From Ignavibacteriota bacterium (GTDB taxonomy: Bacteria > Bacteroidota > Ignavibacteria > Ignavibacteriales > Ignavibacteriaceae): a stretch of DNA of 64,000 nt. The stretch is taken from NCBI GenBank assembly GCA_013285405.1, contig CP053446.1:655985-719984 (forward strand). The letters run 5' to 3'. The translations under genes and the position numbers were made by a program. The notes beneath the pieces are model-generated. The model was not told the DNA's origin, did no database searches, and was given only the letters and a program-made list of their open reading frames with translations. Each line of letters begins with the position of its first letter. Within the stretch, counting starts at the first letter, position 1. Of the stretch, positions 30,157 through 40,463 are shown one piece after another.

Positions 30157-31733
30157 TAATTATCTGGATTATATTGATTTTAATTATCACCGGTTTAGCT
30201 GCCTGGTATTCAGGTAAGTTCAATGAAAATTTGCCGCGATGGATTTCTTTAATCGGTTTATTAATTGATTTCATGATTATTCTGATTTTTTGGTTAAGTG
30301 AACCGATTACCATCAACTTAACTTCCAACGATAACTGGTTAGTTCGTTTTAACTCTGAATGGATTCCGCAGTTTGGAATTAGTTTGAATTTTGCACTTGA
30401 TGGTTTGAGTTTGATACTTGTAGTATTGACAATCTTCCTGGGAATTCTTTCAGTCTTAACTTCCTGGACTGAAATTAAAGACCGCATTGGTTTCTTTCAT
30501 TTCAACCTCTTGTGGATACTTGCAGGAATTGTTGGAGTATTTACATCGCTCGATTTATTCCTGTTTTATTTTTTCTGGGAACTGATGTTAGTTCCAATGT
30601 ACTTTCTGATTGGAATCTGGGGACACGAAAAAAGAATTTATGCTGCATATAAATTTTTCATCTTTACACAGGCAAGCGGCTTATTGATGCTTCTGTCAAT
30701 TCTCGGATTATATTTTATTCACGGCAATCAAACAGGAATTTACACTTTTAACTATTTTGAATTATTACTAACTCAACTTCCATCCGGAATGGAATGGCTT
30801 TTAATGTTTGGTTTCCTGATAGCATTTGCTGTCAAACTTCCTCTGGTTCCTGTTCATAACTGGCTTCCTGATGCACATACACAAGCACCAACCGCAGGAA
30901 GCGTAATACTCGCAGGACTTCTGCTTAAAACAGGTGCTTATGGATTATTGAGATTTGTTCTTCCGCTTTTCCCTAATGTATCAATTGAGTTTGCACCTTA
31001 TGCAATGTTTCTGGGAGTTATCGGTATTCTTTATGGTGCCAAACTTGCGTTTGCTCAAAATGATTTCAAAAGACTTGTTGCTTACTCAAGTGTAAACCAT
31101 ATGGGATTTGTTATGCTCGGTGTTTATTCATTCAATGTACTTGCTTATCAGGGAGCTGTGTTTGAGATGATAACTCACGCAATCAGCACAAGTGCGTTAT
31201 TCATTATTGTCGGATTACTCTCAGACAGATTGCATACACGAAACCTGGATGAGATGGGTGGATTATGGGAACAGGTTCCTAAAATGGGTGGAATTGCAAT
31301 GGTCTTTGTAATGGCTTCACTTGGATTGCCCGGACTCGGAAACTTTATCGCAGAGTTTCTTGTTCTTGCCGGAAGTTTTCAGGCTTCAGTTTTATGGTCA
31401 GTACTCGGCTCACTTGGATTGATCGCTTCAGCAATTTACGCTTTAAGGATAATGCAGAAAGTCTGGCACGAAAGAAAAGCCAAAGAATGGAAAATTAAAG
31501 ATTATATTCCAAGAGAACTGATAATACTTGGTTCACTAATTCTTGTTATTGTGTGGCTTGGATTATTTCCACAGAAAATATTTTCAACTATCAGCTCATC
31601 AATTAATTCCATTCACGACAGAATAAACGATGCGAAAATATTGTTGATTAATAATTCTATCAAAACAGAAATAATAACGAACAGTAGTGTGAATAATGAA
31701 ATAAATACCAATCAACAGAAAGATGATAAATGA
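30153..31733 (+). CDS. nuoM: NADH-quinone oxidoreductase subunit M
   Basis: ND4 antiporter-like subunit (KLPLVPVHNWLPDAHTQAPTAGSVILAG). Has an Asn/Ile-rich C-terminal tail. Confidence 0.93.
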   Translation: MIIIWIILILIITGLAAWYSGKFNENLPRWISLIGLLIDFMIILIFWLSEPITINLTSNDNWLVRFNSEWIPQFGISLNFALDGLSLILVVLTIFLGILSVLTSWTEIKDRIGFFHFNLLWILAGIVGVFTSLDLFLFYFFWELMLVPMYFLIGIWGHEKRIYAAYKFFIFTQASGLLMLLSILGLYFIHGNQTGIYTFNYFELLLTQLPSGMEWLLMFGFLIAFAVKLPLVPVHNWLPDAHTQAPTAGSVILAGLLLKTGAYGLLRFVLPLFPNVSIEFAPYAMFLGVIGILYGAKLAFAQNDFKRLVAYSSVNHMGFVMLGVYSFNVLAYQGAVFEMITHAISTSALFIIVGLLSDRLHTRNLDEMGGLWEQVPKMGGIAMVFVMASLGLPGLGNFIAEFLVLAGSFQASVLWSVLGSLGLIASAIYALRIMQKVWHERKAKEWKIKDYIPRELIILGSLILVIVWLGLFPQKIFSTISSSINSIHDRINDAKILLINNSIKTEIITNSSVNNEINTNQQKDDK

Positions 31734-33145
31734 GCAGCGCTGAATTCAAATCAATAATTCCACTGGTAATTTTATCAATCTTCCCGATTGCGATTATGTT
31801 ATCAATAGCAATAAAAAGAAATCACCTGGTAATTTTTGTCACCTCGTTAATAGGTTTTGTTGCTGCTTTTTACAGCTTGTTCTCTGCTTCAATTTACTCA
31901 TCCATTAAAGTAAGCACCTTGTTTATAATTGATGGTTATACAATTTTCTTCTGGGGATTATTAATCGCTTCATCTTTTTTTATAACATTAATTTCATTTA
32001 ACACTTTAAACATTCAGGAAGAAAATAAAGAAGAATATTACATTCTTTTGTATCTCGCATTACTTGGTTCCTGCGTGCTCGTTGCAAGCATTCACTTTGT
32101 TTCTTTTTTCCTCGGACTTGAAATTCTTTCTGTTTCTCTTTATGTGCTTATATCCTATCTAAGAAAAAAAGAAATTGCTGTCGAAGCCGGAGTTAAATAT
32201 CTTATACTTGCAGCTGCATCTTCTGCTTTTCTTTTATTCGGAATGGCATTGATCTATAACGAATTCGGAACGATGGATTTTTACCAGTTCGGAAGTGCAT
32301 TAAAAATAGGCGGCTTTGATGCTTTATCAATCAGCGGTTTTGCAATGATAATTGTTGCCGTTGGATTTAAACTTGCGGTAGTTCCTTTTCATATGTGGAC
32401 TCCTGATGTGTACGAAGGTGCTTCATCTCCCGTATCTGCATTCATTGCTACCATTTCAAAAGGAGGAATGCTTGCATTACTATTTCGCTTATTCAGTATA
32501 ATTGATGGTTACAGATTCTATGAACTGATACTTATCTTCAGCATAATTGCAATCGCTTCAATGTTTATTGGTAACTGGCTGGCATTACTGCAAAACAATG
32601 TTAAAAGAATTCTTGCTTACTCATCAATTGTCCATTTAGGATATTTAACTGTTGCATTTTTAGCTGGAGGAAAATTTGCTGCTGAAGCAATTGCTTTTTA
32701 TCTCGTCGCATATTTTATTACAATGATCGGTGCTTTTGGAGTAGTCGCAATCCTTTCAAACAAAGAAAGAGAAGCATTTAGAATTGAAGATTTTAAAGGA
32801 TTGTATTGGAGACATCCATGGCTTGCAGCAACTTTTACTGCAATGTTATTCTCTCTCGCCGGAATTCCATTAACTGCAGGATTCATAGGAAAGTTTTATG
32901 TACTATCAGCAGGAGTAGATAAAACTTTATGGGCACTTGTAATTATCCTCGCAATCAATAGTGCAATCGGACTTTTTTATTACCTTAGAATTGTTGTGGA
33001 AATGTTCACAAAATCTGAAGCTGAAAAAACGAACGTTAAATTTTCACTTGTAACTTCTGTTGCTTTAACAGTTTTAACGGTATTATTGATTTATCTTGGA
33101 GTTTTTCCTTCTGCTCTTATCAGGATTATTCAAATCATGTTATGA
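31730..33145 (+). CDS. nuoN: NADH-quinone oxidoreductase subunit N
   Basis: ND2 antiporter-like subunit (KLAVVPFHMWTPDVYEGASSPVSAFI). Confidence 0.93.
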   Translation: MSSAEFKSIIPLVILSIFPIAIMLSIAIKRNHLVIFVTSLIGFVAAFYSLFSASIYSSIKVSTLFIIDGYTIFFWGLLIASSFFITLISFNTLNIQEENKEEYYILLYLALLGSCVLVASIHFVSFFLGLEILSVSLYVLISYLRKKEIAVEAGVKYLILAAASSAFLLFGMALIYNEFGTMDFYQFGSALKIGGFDALSISGFAMIIVAVGFKLAVVPFHMWTPDVYEGASSPVSAFIATISKGGMLALLFRLFSIIDGYRFYELILIFSIIAIASMFIGNWLALLQNNVKRILAYSSIVHLGYLTVAFLAGGKFAAEAIAFYLVAYFITMIGAFGVVAILSNKEREAFRIEDFKGLYWRHPWLAATFTAMLFSLAGIPLTAGFIGKFYVLSAGVDKTLWALVIILAINSAIGLFYYLRIVVEMFTKSEAEKTNVKFSLVTSVALTVLTVLLIYLGVFPSALIRIIQIML

Positions 33146-33206
33146 TAGATTTGATGTTGTATTTTCAAGAGAGCAATTATCAGAATTAAAATAATTCAAA
33201 GAAATT

Positions 33207-33641
33207 TTATCTTCTGTTTGTAATATACTGTTCAAGCTGTCCGATTGTAAATTCTTTATGATCCAAAAGTGCTTTAACAACATCACCGATTGAAATCAAC
33301 CCTTTTAATTTTGTCTCTTCATAAACCGGCAGATGACGAATCTTTTTTTCAATCATTAATGCCATACATTCATCAACACTCTCTTCACCCGTTACAAACA
33401 GAACTCTGGAAGACATAATTTCTTTTACGGGTAATTCTTTTGAAGATTTTCCTTCGAGTACAACTTTTCGTGCATAATCTCTTTCAGAAAAAATACCTTC
33501 AACTTTTCCGCTTTCCATCACCAGAACCGCACCTATATTTTTCTCAGCCATTAATTTTAATGCATCATAAACTTTAGAATCAGGTGCAACGGACCAAACA
33601 AATGAACCTTTTGTTTGTAAAATATCATTTACTGTATTCAT
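33207..33641 (-). CDS. CBS domain pair protein
   Basis: 144 aa with two CBS repeats (IGAVLVMESGKVEGIFSERD; IRHLPVYEETKLKGLISIGDV). Confidence 0.8.
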   Translation of the reverse strand: MNTVNDILQTKGSFVWSVAPDSKVYDALKLMAEKNIGAVLVMESGKVEGIFSERDYARKVVLEGKSSKELPVKEIMSSRVLFVTGEESVDECMALMIEKKIRHLPVYEETKLKGLISIGDVVKALLDHKEFTIGQLEQYITNRR

Positions 33642-33891
33642 ATTTATAACTCCTGTATTTAATACTGATGAATATTAGTTTCAGTTTTTTGTAATTGAGC
33701 TATGTGTTTTATCAACTATAAATTTATGACTTATAATACTTAATTGTGTTCATTTATTCAAGTAAATACTTTAGCATATAATTCTACGTTTTTTCAGAGA
33801 CTCCAAGTAAATTTTGAAAGCCTTGTTTGATTATTTGTAGCATTAAAACTTTCATAAGATGATGGTTGGTTAAAATTAGGATTAGTGTAAT

Positions 33892-34242
33892 TTAATCCTC
33901 TCCCCAGCCGCTGCCGGGAACATTGTATCCTTCACCTTTCAAACTATCATAAGATTTATAAATTATTATTTCAATCTGGTTGGTCTGATGAAATCCGATT
34001 GAATTTACCTTCACACCATTAACTTCTTTGCTGATTTTTACTGATGCGTAAAGTTTATCATCGGCGATCAGGTCATTGGAAAGTGAGGCTTTTTTACCGG
34101 GAATATTAGAAAGCGCCCAGTAAATTCCTTTCTTGGCATTTTGATAAGCTGCATTCATATCATCTTCAGTTTTTGTTTGAGCTGATAAAATTAAAGTTCC
34201 GAATAATCCCAGAATTATTATTAATAAATGTTGCCGTTTCAT
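33892..34242 (-). CDS. Hypothetical secreted protein (116 aa)
   Basis: N-terminal signal peptide MKRQHLLIIILGLFGTLILSAQ. No recognisable domain. Confidence 0.45.
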   Translation of the reverse strand: MKRQHLLIIILGLFGTLILSAQTKTEDDMNAAYQNAKKGIYWALSNIPGKKASLSNDLIADDKLYASVKISKEVNGVKVNSIGFHQTNQIEIIIYKSYDSLKGEGYNVPGSGWGED

Positions 34243-34325
34243 AGTTTCCTCTTTTTTTGAAATGAATTTTAATTATTCAGTCTGGAATTAACAACATTTC
34301 ATTTTTTGCCATAAATCACATCTTT

Positions 34326-34394
34326 GGAAACTATGGCTTGACAAATGAGTTTCCACTGACTATTTTAGAAACTAAAAATACGATAATAGTTTCC
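34326..34394. promoter_or_regulatory. Candidate promoter (TTGACA-N17-TATTTT) overlapped by two GGAAACT/AGTTTCC inverted repeats, putative TetR operators
   Basis: TTGACA at 34338-34343 and TATTTT at 34361-34366. Inverted repeats GGAAACT..AGTTTCC at 34326-34354 and AGAAACTA..TAGTTTCC at 34367-34394, directly upstream of the tetR-like gene. Confidence 0.4.
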
Positions 34395-34405
34395 GAGAGG
34401 ATAAA

Positions 34406-35014
34406 ATGGATGATCAGATTAAAATCATTGAACATACTGAAGAAAAATTTTTTCGTGATGGATTTTATAAAACCACGATGGATGAAATTGCAGCGGAATT
34501 AAAAATGAGCAAGAAGACCATCTACAAATTTTTCCCTTCAAAGGAAGACCTTGTAAAAGCAATTGCAAAATATTTTATGAACAAAATGAAAAACACTATT
34601 CTTCCTGCTTTGAATTCAGATAAAAACGCAATTGAGAAACTTGGTGATCTCATTAAAATACTTGCAAAAGTTTCTGAGAAAATTTCAGCCTCGCGTATGG
34701 AGGAACTGAAAAGACACTTCCCTTCTTTATGGAATGACATTGATAGTTTCAGAACAGAAATGATGTTTGGTAATATCACAAAAGTTATTGACCAGGGGAA
34801 AAAAGAAGGTTTATTCATTGATTATCCGACAAATATTATCATGAATGTTCTCGTAGCTTCGATAAGAACAATTGTTAATCCTGATTTTATTATGAATAAT
34901 AATTATTCATTGATTGAAGCAGCCAGATATGCATTCAGAATTGTTATCAGCGGGATACTTACCGACAAAGGGAAAAAAGAATTTAATAAATCATTTAATA
35001 AGGTACTACAATGA
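34406..35014 (+). CDS. TetR/AcrR family transcriptional regulator
   Basis: N-terminal HTH FFRDGFYKTTMDEIAAELKMSKKTIYKFFPSKEDL. Confidence 0.85.
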   Translation: MDDQIKIIEHTEEKFFRDGFYKTTMDEIAAELKMSKKTIYKFFPSKEDLVKAIAKYFMNKMKNTILPALNSDKNAIEKLGDLIKILAKVSEKISASRMEELKRHFPSLWNDIDSFRTEMMFGNITKVIDQGKKEGLFIDYPTNIIMNVLVASIRTIVNPDFIMNNNYSLIEAARYAFRIVISGILTDKGKKEFNKSFNKVLQ

Positions 35015-35982
35015 GAAGTTTCATAATTCTGTCAACAGTGACACTCATTTTTCTGATATCTGGCTGCGGTAATAACAAACAACCAGATTCAATTGACGCA
35101 TCCGGAACTATCGAATCAACAAACGTAATAGTGAGCGCAAAAACTTCAGGTGAAATTTTAATGATTAAATTCACCGAAGGAAGTAAAATAAATGCCGGCG
35201 ATACAATTCTGATTATTGATCACGAACATCTTGATTTGCAGCTTCTTCAGGCAATTGCTGTACAGAATGCCGCTGAAGCTCAGTTAAGGTTAATGCAAAA
35301 AGGTGCCCGCGAAGAAGACATTATTCAGGCAGAACAAAATCTCAACCAGGCAAAAGTAAATTTAGAAACTGCTGAAAAAGATAAAATCAGGATGCAAAAT
35401 TTATTCGACACACATTCTATTACTCAAAAACAATATGAAGATGCTGCTGCAAAATATGATTTAATGAATGCTCAGTATAAATCAGCACAGGAAAATTATG
35501 CTAAAGTGAAAAAGATTTTCCGTCCGGAAGAGATCGATCAGGCAAAAGCAAATCTTGATAAAGCTGTTGCTGGTGTTGAGTTATTACAAAAAAATATTCG
35601 CGATAGTTATGTTACCTCACCCATAAACGGATTCCTCGTAAAAACTTTTATTGAGCGTGGAGAAAGTGTAATACCAATGTCTTCACTTTTCAAAGTGTCT
35701 GATCTCGATATTATCGAGCTGGAGATATATATTTCTGAGGAAGAACTTGGTTACGTTAAGCTGGGACAAAAAGCAGATATATCAGTTGATTCTTTTAAAG
35801 ATAAAACTTTCGAGGGAAAGGTAACTTACATCTCTCCCGAAGCTGAATTCACTCCAAAGAATATCCAGACAAAAGATGAACGGACAAAACTGGTTTATGC
35901 AGTTAAAATTACAATTCAGAACAAAGACTACTATCTTAAATCTGGTATGCCCGCGGATGCTGTAATAAGACTACAATATTGA
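35011..35982 (+). CDS. HlyD-family periplasmic adaptor (membrane fusion protein)
   Basis: Lipoprotein-like signal (LISGC), coiled-coil hairpin and beta-barrel/lipoyl motifs. ATGA overlap with tetR. Confidence 0.85.
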   Translation: MRSFIILSTVTLIFLISGCGNNKQPDSIDASGTIESTNVIVSAKTSGEILMIKFTEGSKINAGDTILIIDHEHLDLQLLQAIAVQNAAEAQLRLMQKGAREEDIIQAEQNLNQAKVNLETAEKDKIRMQNLFDTHSITQKQYEDAAAKYDLMNAQYKSAQENYAKVKKIFRPEEIDQAKANLDKAVAGVELLQKNIRDSYVTSPINGFLVKTFIERGESVIPMSSLFKVSDLDIIELEIYISEEELGYVKLGQKADISVDSFKDKTFEGKVTYISPEAEFTPKNIQTKDERTKLVYAVKITIQNKDYYLKSGMPADAVIRLQY

Positions 35983-36004
35983 AAGATTAAAAATTAAAAG
36001 ATTA

Positions 36005-36919
36005 ATGAATTCGGTAATTAAAATAGAAAACTTAAAAAGAAGCTTTGGCGATATTGTTGCAGTAAATGGTGTTTCATATTCTGTTGACAAAGGTGAAATG
36101 TTCGGACTTGTCGGACCGGATGGTGCTGGTAAAACAACAACAATAAGAATTTTAATCGGTTTATTAAATGCTGATTCAGGGAATGCCGAAGTACTTGGTT
36201 TTAATATTAAATCACAAAAAAATAAAATAAAAAATGAGATCGGTTACCTGTCTCAAAAGTTTTCGCTGTACGGTGATCTGACAGTCGATGAGAACATTGA
36301 ATTTTTTGCTGACATCCACAGAGTAAAGAATTTCAAAGAAAGAAGAAATGAACTACTCGAGTTCACAAGGTTAACTCCGTTTCGTGATCGTCTGGCAGAT
36401 AAGTTATCCGGTGGAATGAAACAGAAACTCGCACTTGCATGCACACTTATCCACAAACCAAAAATAATTTTCCTCGATGAACCAACCACCGGGGTTGATC
36501 CTGTTTCGAGAAGAGATTTCTGGAAAATACTTTCAAATCTCCTTAAAGAAGGAATAACAATATTTATGACCACTCCATATCTTGATGAAGCTGAAAGATG
36601 TAACAGAGTTGCTCTTATGAATAACGGAGAAATAATAAGCTACGATACACCTAAAAATGTTAAAGCTTCACTGAAGGAACAGATAGTGGAAATTGTATGT
36701 TCGCCAATTCGTGAAGCATACAATACAATTAAGGTTAATACTGAATATGAAGTTCAGATGTACGGCGATAGATTGAATGTAGCATTAAAAAATTACGATG
36801 AACAGTATAAAAATCTGGAGAAGCTCTTAACTGATACTAACGTTGTTATTTATGATCATCGAGTTATTCCGCCATCGCTTGAAAATGTTTTTATTCACCT
36901 GATAAGTAAAGCATTATAA
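36005..36919 (+). CDS. ABC transporter ATP-binding protein (ABC-2 type, first ATPase)
   Basis: Walker A GPDGAGKTT, signature LSGGMKQKL, Walker B IIFLDEPTTGVD. Confidence 0.9.
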   Translation: MNSVIKIENLKRSFGDIVAVNGVSYSVDKGEMFGLVGPDGAGKTTTIRILIGLLNADSGNAEVLGFNIKSQKNKIKNEIGYLSQKFSLYGDLTVDENIEFFADIHRVKNFKERRNELLEFTRLTPFRDRLADKLSGGMKQKLALACTLIHKPKIIFLDEPTTGVDPVSRRDFWKILSNLLKEGITIFMTTPYLDEAERCNRVALMNNGEIISYDTPKNVKASLKEQIVEIVCSPIREAYNTIKVNTEYEVQMYGDRLNVALKNYDEQYKNLEKLLTDTNVVIYDHRVIPPSLENVFIHLISKAL

Positions 36920-36933
36920 AAAAGGAAATGGAA

Positions 36934-38238
36934 ATGAAAAAAATATTTTTTATTTCAATCGTATTATCTGTAATTCAATTTGCACAAACAAAAGAATTAA
37001 CGCTTGATGAAAGCCTGCGGATTGGATTGCAAAACAGCCGGCAAATAAAAATATCAGAATCTGTTTTACGAAGTTCTGACGAGAAAATAACCGAGTATTC
37101 TTCTCAAATGCTTCCAAAGCTTAGTCTGAGTGCCGGTTATACATATATGAATCTGAATGATCCAACAGAAATAGGTTTTGGTCCCTTCCCAATGACAGTT
37201 AAAAATCCATTCACTCTGTATGGAATGCAGCTTTCAATTCAACAACCAATTTTCACAGGGTTTCAACTCTCATCATTAAAAAGCTCTGCAGAGAATATTT
37301 ATGAAGCAATGAGTTCAGATCATCAAAAAAATATTAATAATAAAGCTTTTGAGATTTACTCGGCGTACTGGAATTTATTTAAAACACAGAAACAGGTTGA
37401 ACTTATCGAGGAACGGATGACTTCGCTTGATGAAGATCTGAGAAGGACGAAGGATTTTGTTGATAACGGTTTGGCTACAATGAACGATTATTTGAGAATA
37501 GAGTTACAGGTTTCAAATACCAGGCTGCAATTGATTGATGCAAAAAATGCACGTGAAATTTCAAGAGCCGCATTTAATCAATCAATCGGGTTTCCATTGA
37601 ACGATTCAACAAAGATTGATTCTGATTTAGTCTTTCATCAACCAGATTATCCCCAATATGAAGAATTAGTTATGGAAGCAGAAAACAACCGGCAAGAATT
37701 GAAATCAATGGAATTTAAAATTCTTGCTGGTGAAGATAAAATAAGTGCCGCTAACTCCAATTGGTGGCCAAAACTTTATGCATCCGGAAATTTTCTTCTT
37801 TATAATGTAAATGCTGAAACATTTTCAATGGAAAATGAAAAGCTTCAAGCCTGGTTTGCAGGTTTGTCACTGAGTTGGGACTTGTGGAATTGGGGGAACA
37901 CTTCATCAAAATCTGCACAAGCTGAAGAAGAGGTTCTTCAAAACAGAGAATCATTGGAACTTCTGAAAGAGCAAATTGAAATTGAAGTTTATAACACCTA
38001 TCTGGCGTTGAATAGTAATGCTGAAAAAATAAAAGTAAGTCAACTTGCAGTTTTATCGGCAGAGGAAAACTTCCGGATCGTTAATGAAAAGTATGAACAT
38101 CAACTTGCAACCGCAAATGACCTGATTGATGCTGAAGTTGCACTGCTTAACTCCCGGTCAATGCTCACAATTTCTCAGGCGGATTTTGAACTTGTAAAGG
38201 TCAGGTTGAATCTTGCAATTGGCAGGAAAATATATTGA
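36934..38238 (+). CDS. TolC-family outer membrane efflux protein
   Basis: Signal peptide MKKIFFISIVLSVIQFAQT. OEP-type start LTLDESLRIGLQNS and a two-repeat coiled/barrel architecture. Confidence 0.8.
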   Translation: MKKIFFISIVLSVIQFAQTKELTLDESLRIGLQNSRQIKISESVLRSSDEKITEYSSQMLPKLSLSAGYTYMNLNDPTEIGFGPFPMTVKNPFTLYGMQLSIQQPIFTGFQLSSLKSSAENIYEAMSSDHQKNINNKAFEIYSAYWNLFKTQKQVELIEERMTSLDEDLRRTKDFVDNGLATMNDYLRIELQVSNTRLQLIDAKNAREISRAAFNQSIGFPLNDSTKIDSDLVFHQPDYPQYEELVMEAENNRQELKSMEFKILAGEDKISAANSNWWPKLYASGNFLLYNVNAETFSMENEKLQAWFAGLSLSWDLWNWGNTSSKSAQAEEEVLQNRESLELLKEQIEIEVYNTYLALNSNAEKIKVSQLAVLSAEENFRIVNEKYEHQLATANDLIDAEVALLNSRSMLTISQADFELVKVRLNLAIGRKIY

Positions 38239-38365
38239 ATGAATGGAACACAGAATACAGTAATCGAACAGATTTTCTTAGATCAAAATCAGCGATCATT
38301 AGCTAAATCTGCGTCATCTGCCTAATGACAGACAGGTCAGCGTTCTATAAAATATCTATAAAAAA

Positions 38366-39304
38366 ATGAATAGCATAGAAGTAAAAGAGTTAACAAAAAA
38401 ATTCGGCAGATTTACTGCTGTTGATAAAATTTCATTCAACGTCGAGCAAGGTGAAATTCTCGGCTTCCTCGGAGCGAACGGCGCCGGAAAATCAACAGCA
38501 ATCCGAATGATGACGGGAATTCTGGAACCCACATCCGGTGACGCATTAGTTGGGGGTTTCAGCATAATGAAAGAGCCAGACAAAGTAAAAACTCAAATCG
38601 GTTATATGTCACAGAAGTTTTCGTTGTATAATGATCTCACAGTAGAAGAAAATATCCGATTCTTTGCAGGTGTATATGGATTGACAGGACAAAAATTTTC
38701 TGATAGAAAGAAATGGGTTTTGAAGGTCGCTAATCTTGAAGGAAAGGAAAAACTGTTAACTGGTTCTTTACCTGGTGGTATTAAACAAAGACTTGCACTT
38801 GGCACTGCAGTTATACACGAACCAAAAATCGTTTTTTTGGATGAGCCCACCAGCGGTGTTGATCCAATTTCAAGAAGAAATTTTTGGGATTTGATAAATG
38901 AGCTTTCAGCTTCAGGTATAACTGTTCTGGTAACAACTCATTACCTTGATGAAGCAGAATTCTGCAATGATATAATTCTGATAAATGCGGGACGGTTAAT
39001 CGCTCAGGGAAATTCCAAAACATTAAAAACTGATTACATTAAAAACACAATACTTGAAATCGAATCAGATCGTGTGGTTGACAGTATGAGCATTCTTGAA
39101 AAAGAAAATTGGGTCGGCGAGACTTCCATATTTGGTAATTACATTCACATAATACTCAATGACAATTCAAAAACTGAAGCAGATGTCAGGGAAATTCTAA
39201 CAAACAAAAATTCAATAAAAGTACACAGGATTGATAAGATAGTGCCAACGCTGGAAGATGTATTTATTCATTTGCTCGAAAAGGATAAAAAAAATGTTTC
39301 ATAG
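38366..39304 (+). CDS. ABC transporter ATP-binding protein (second ATPase)
   Basis: Walker A GANGAGKST, signature LPGGIKQRL, Walker B IVFLDEPTSGVD. Confidence 0.9.
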   Translation: MNSIEVKELTKKFGRFTAVDKISFNVEQGEILGFLGANGAGKSTAIRMMTGILEPTSGDALVGGFSIMKEPDKVKTQIGYMSQKFSLYNDLTVEENIRFFAGVYGLTGQKFSDRKKWVLKVANLEGKEKLLTGSLPGGIKQRLALGTAVIHEPKIVFLDEPTSGVDPISRRNFWDLINELSASGITVLVTTHYLDEAEFCNDIILINAGRLIAQGNSKTLKTDYIKNTILEIESDRVVDSMSILEKENWVGETSIFGNYIHIILNDNSKTEADVREILTNKNSIKVHRIDKIVPTLEDVFIHLLEKDKKNVS

Positions 39305-40424
39305 AGCTTATGCAATCGCAAGGAAAGAAATCAGACAGTTGAAGCGTGATAAAGAAATGCTTTTTATCGTATTCTTTTTCCCGGTTGTGCTGCTGGCAAT
39401 TTTCGGTTATGCTATCAACTTCGATGTCAAACATATTAAAATTGCAGTTTATGATCAGGATAAATCTGAATACACAAGAGAATATTTAAACGGATTGATA
39501 AGCTCAGAATATTTTAGCCTCATTACTTATATTGATAACGATGCTGAGATTAAAAAATTACTTGACGAAAAAATAGTTCAGGCAGTTATAGTTTTTCCAG
39601 ATGATTTGTCGAAAAGGTTAAATAATAACGAAGAAGTAAAAGTCCAGTATCTGGTTGATGGAGTAGATGGAAACACAGCAAATGTAATCGTCAACTATGT
39701 AAATGCAGCAACATTCGGTTATTCAATAAAGTTGACAAAAGAATATCTGGCAGTAACAGGGAAGCAATCTTATATTCCGATAAATCTTGAACCAAGGTTT
39801 TGGTTCAATCCCGAACTCGAAAGCACTAAGTTTTTAATCCCTGGATTGATGGGAATGATATTAATTATAACAGCCGTGGTTTCCGTTTCATTATCAATAG
39901 TGAGAGAAAAGGAAAGAGGAACAATTGAACAGTTAAATGTATCGCCGCTTTCGTCTTTCGAATTGATTATCGGAAAAACAGCACCATATATCGTTATATC
40001 GCTGATCAATGCCACAATTGTATTACTTGCAGGTTACATTTTATTCGGAATCGTAATTAAGGGAGATATTTTTTTACTCCTGATCAGTACATTAATATTT
40101 TTATTCGCAGCTCTCGGACTCGGTATTTTCATTTCAAGTGTATCCGATTCACAGCAGGTCGCTTTTCAGGCAGCGAATATTACTTCTTTGCTGCCTTCTC
40201 TTATATTATCCGGATTTATTTTCCCGATTGAAAGTATGCCAACGATTATTCAATGGATTACAAATATTACTCCGGCAAAATTTTACATTGTAACATTAAG
40301 AGCAATTTTATTGAGAGGTGTCGGTATTTCAGCTTTCTGGGAACAGTTAATTTATATGTTGATCTTCGGCGTGATCTTTATTGCACTTGCTACTTTTGTT
40401 GACAGAAGAGCTAAGACAACATAA
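39294..40424 (+). CDS. ABC-2 family transporter permease
   Basis: YbhS/YbhR-like: N-terminal TM, large periplasmic loop and a C-terminal 5-TM bundle. ATG at 39294 preferred over the track start at 39258. Confidence 0.85.
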   Translation: MFHRAYAIARKEIRQLKRDKEMLFIVFFFPVVLLAIFGYAINFDVKHIKIAVYDQDKSEYTREYLNGLISSEYFSLITYIDNDAEIKKLLDEKIVQAVIVFPDDLSKRLNNNEEVKVQYLVDGVDGNTANVIVNYVNAATFGYSIKLTKEYLAVTGKQSYIPINLEPRFWFNPELESTKFLIPGLMGMILIITAVVSVSLSIVREKERGTIEQLNVSPLSSFELIIGKTAPYIVISLINATIVLLAGYILFGIVIKGDIFLLLISTLIFLFAALGLGIFISSVSDSQQVAFQAANITSLLPSLILSGFIFPIESMPTIIQWITNITPAKFYIVTLRAILLRGVGISAFWEQLIYMLIFGVIFIALATFVDRRAKTT

Positions 40425-40463
40425 AGAGCAAGTTAATCACTTTATTAACAAGAGAATATTAAA

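Noticed and set aside
18-33000. Numerous antisense or alternative-frame ORFs inside suf, cco and nuo genes (e.g. 18-209, 814-1149, 2854-3183, 12463-12747, 14124-14393, 20105-20455, 23059-23472, 27859-28206, 30128-30487)
   Set aside because: They are fully embedded in strongly supported conserved genes and have low-complexity or unconserved translations. Such ORFs are typical artefacts of AT-rich sequence.
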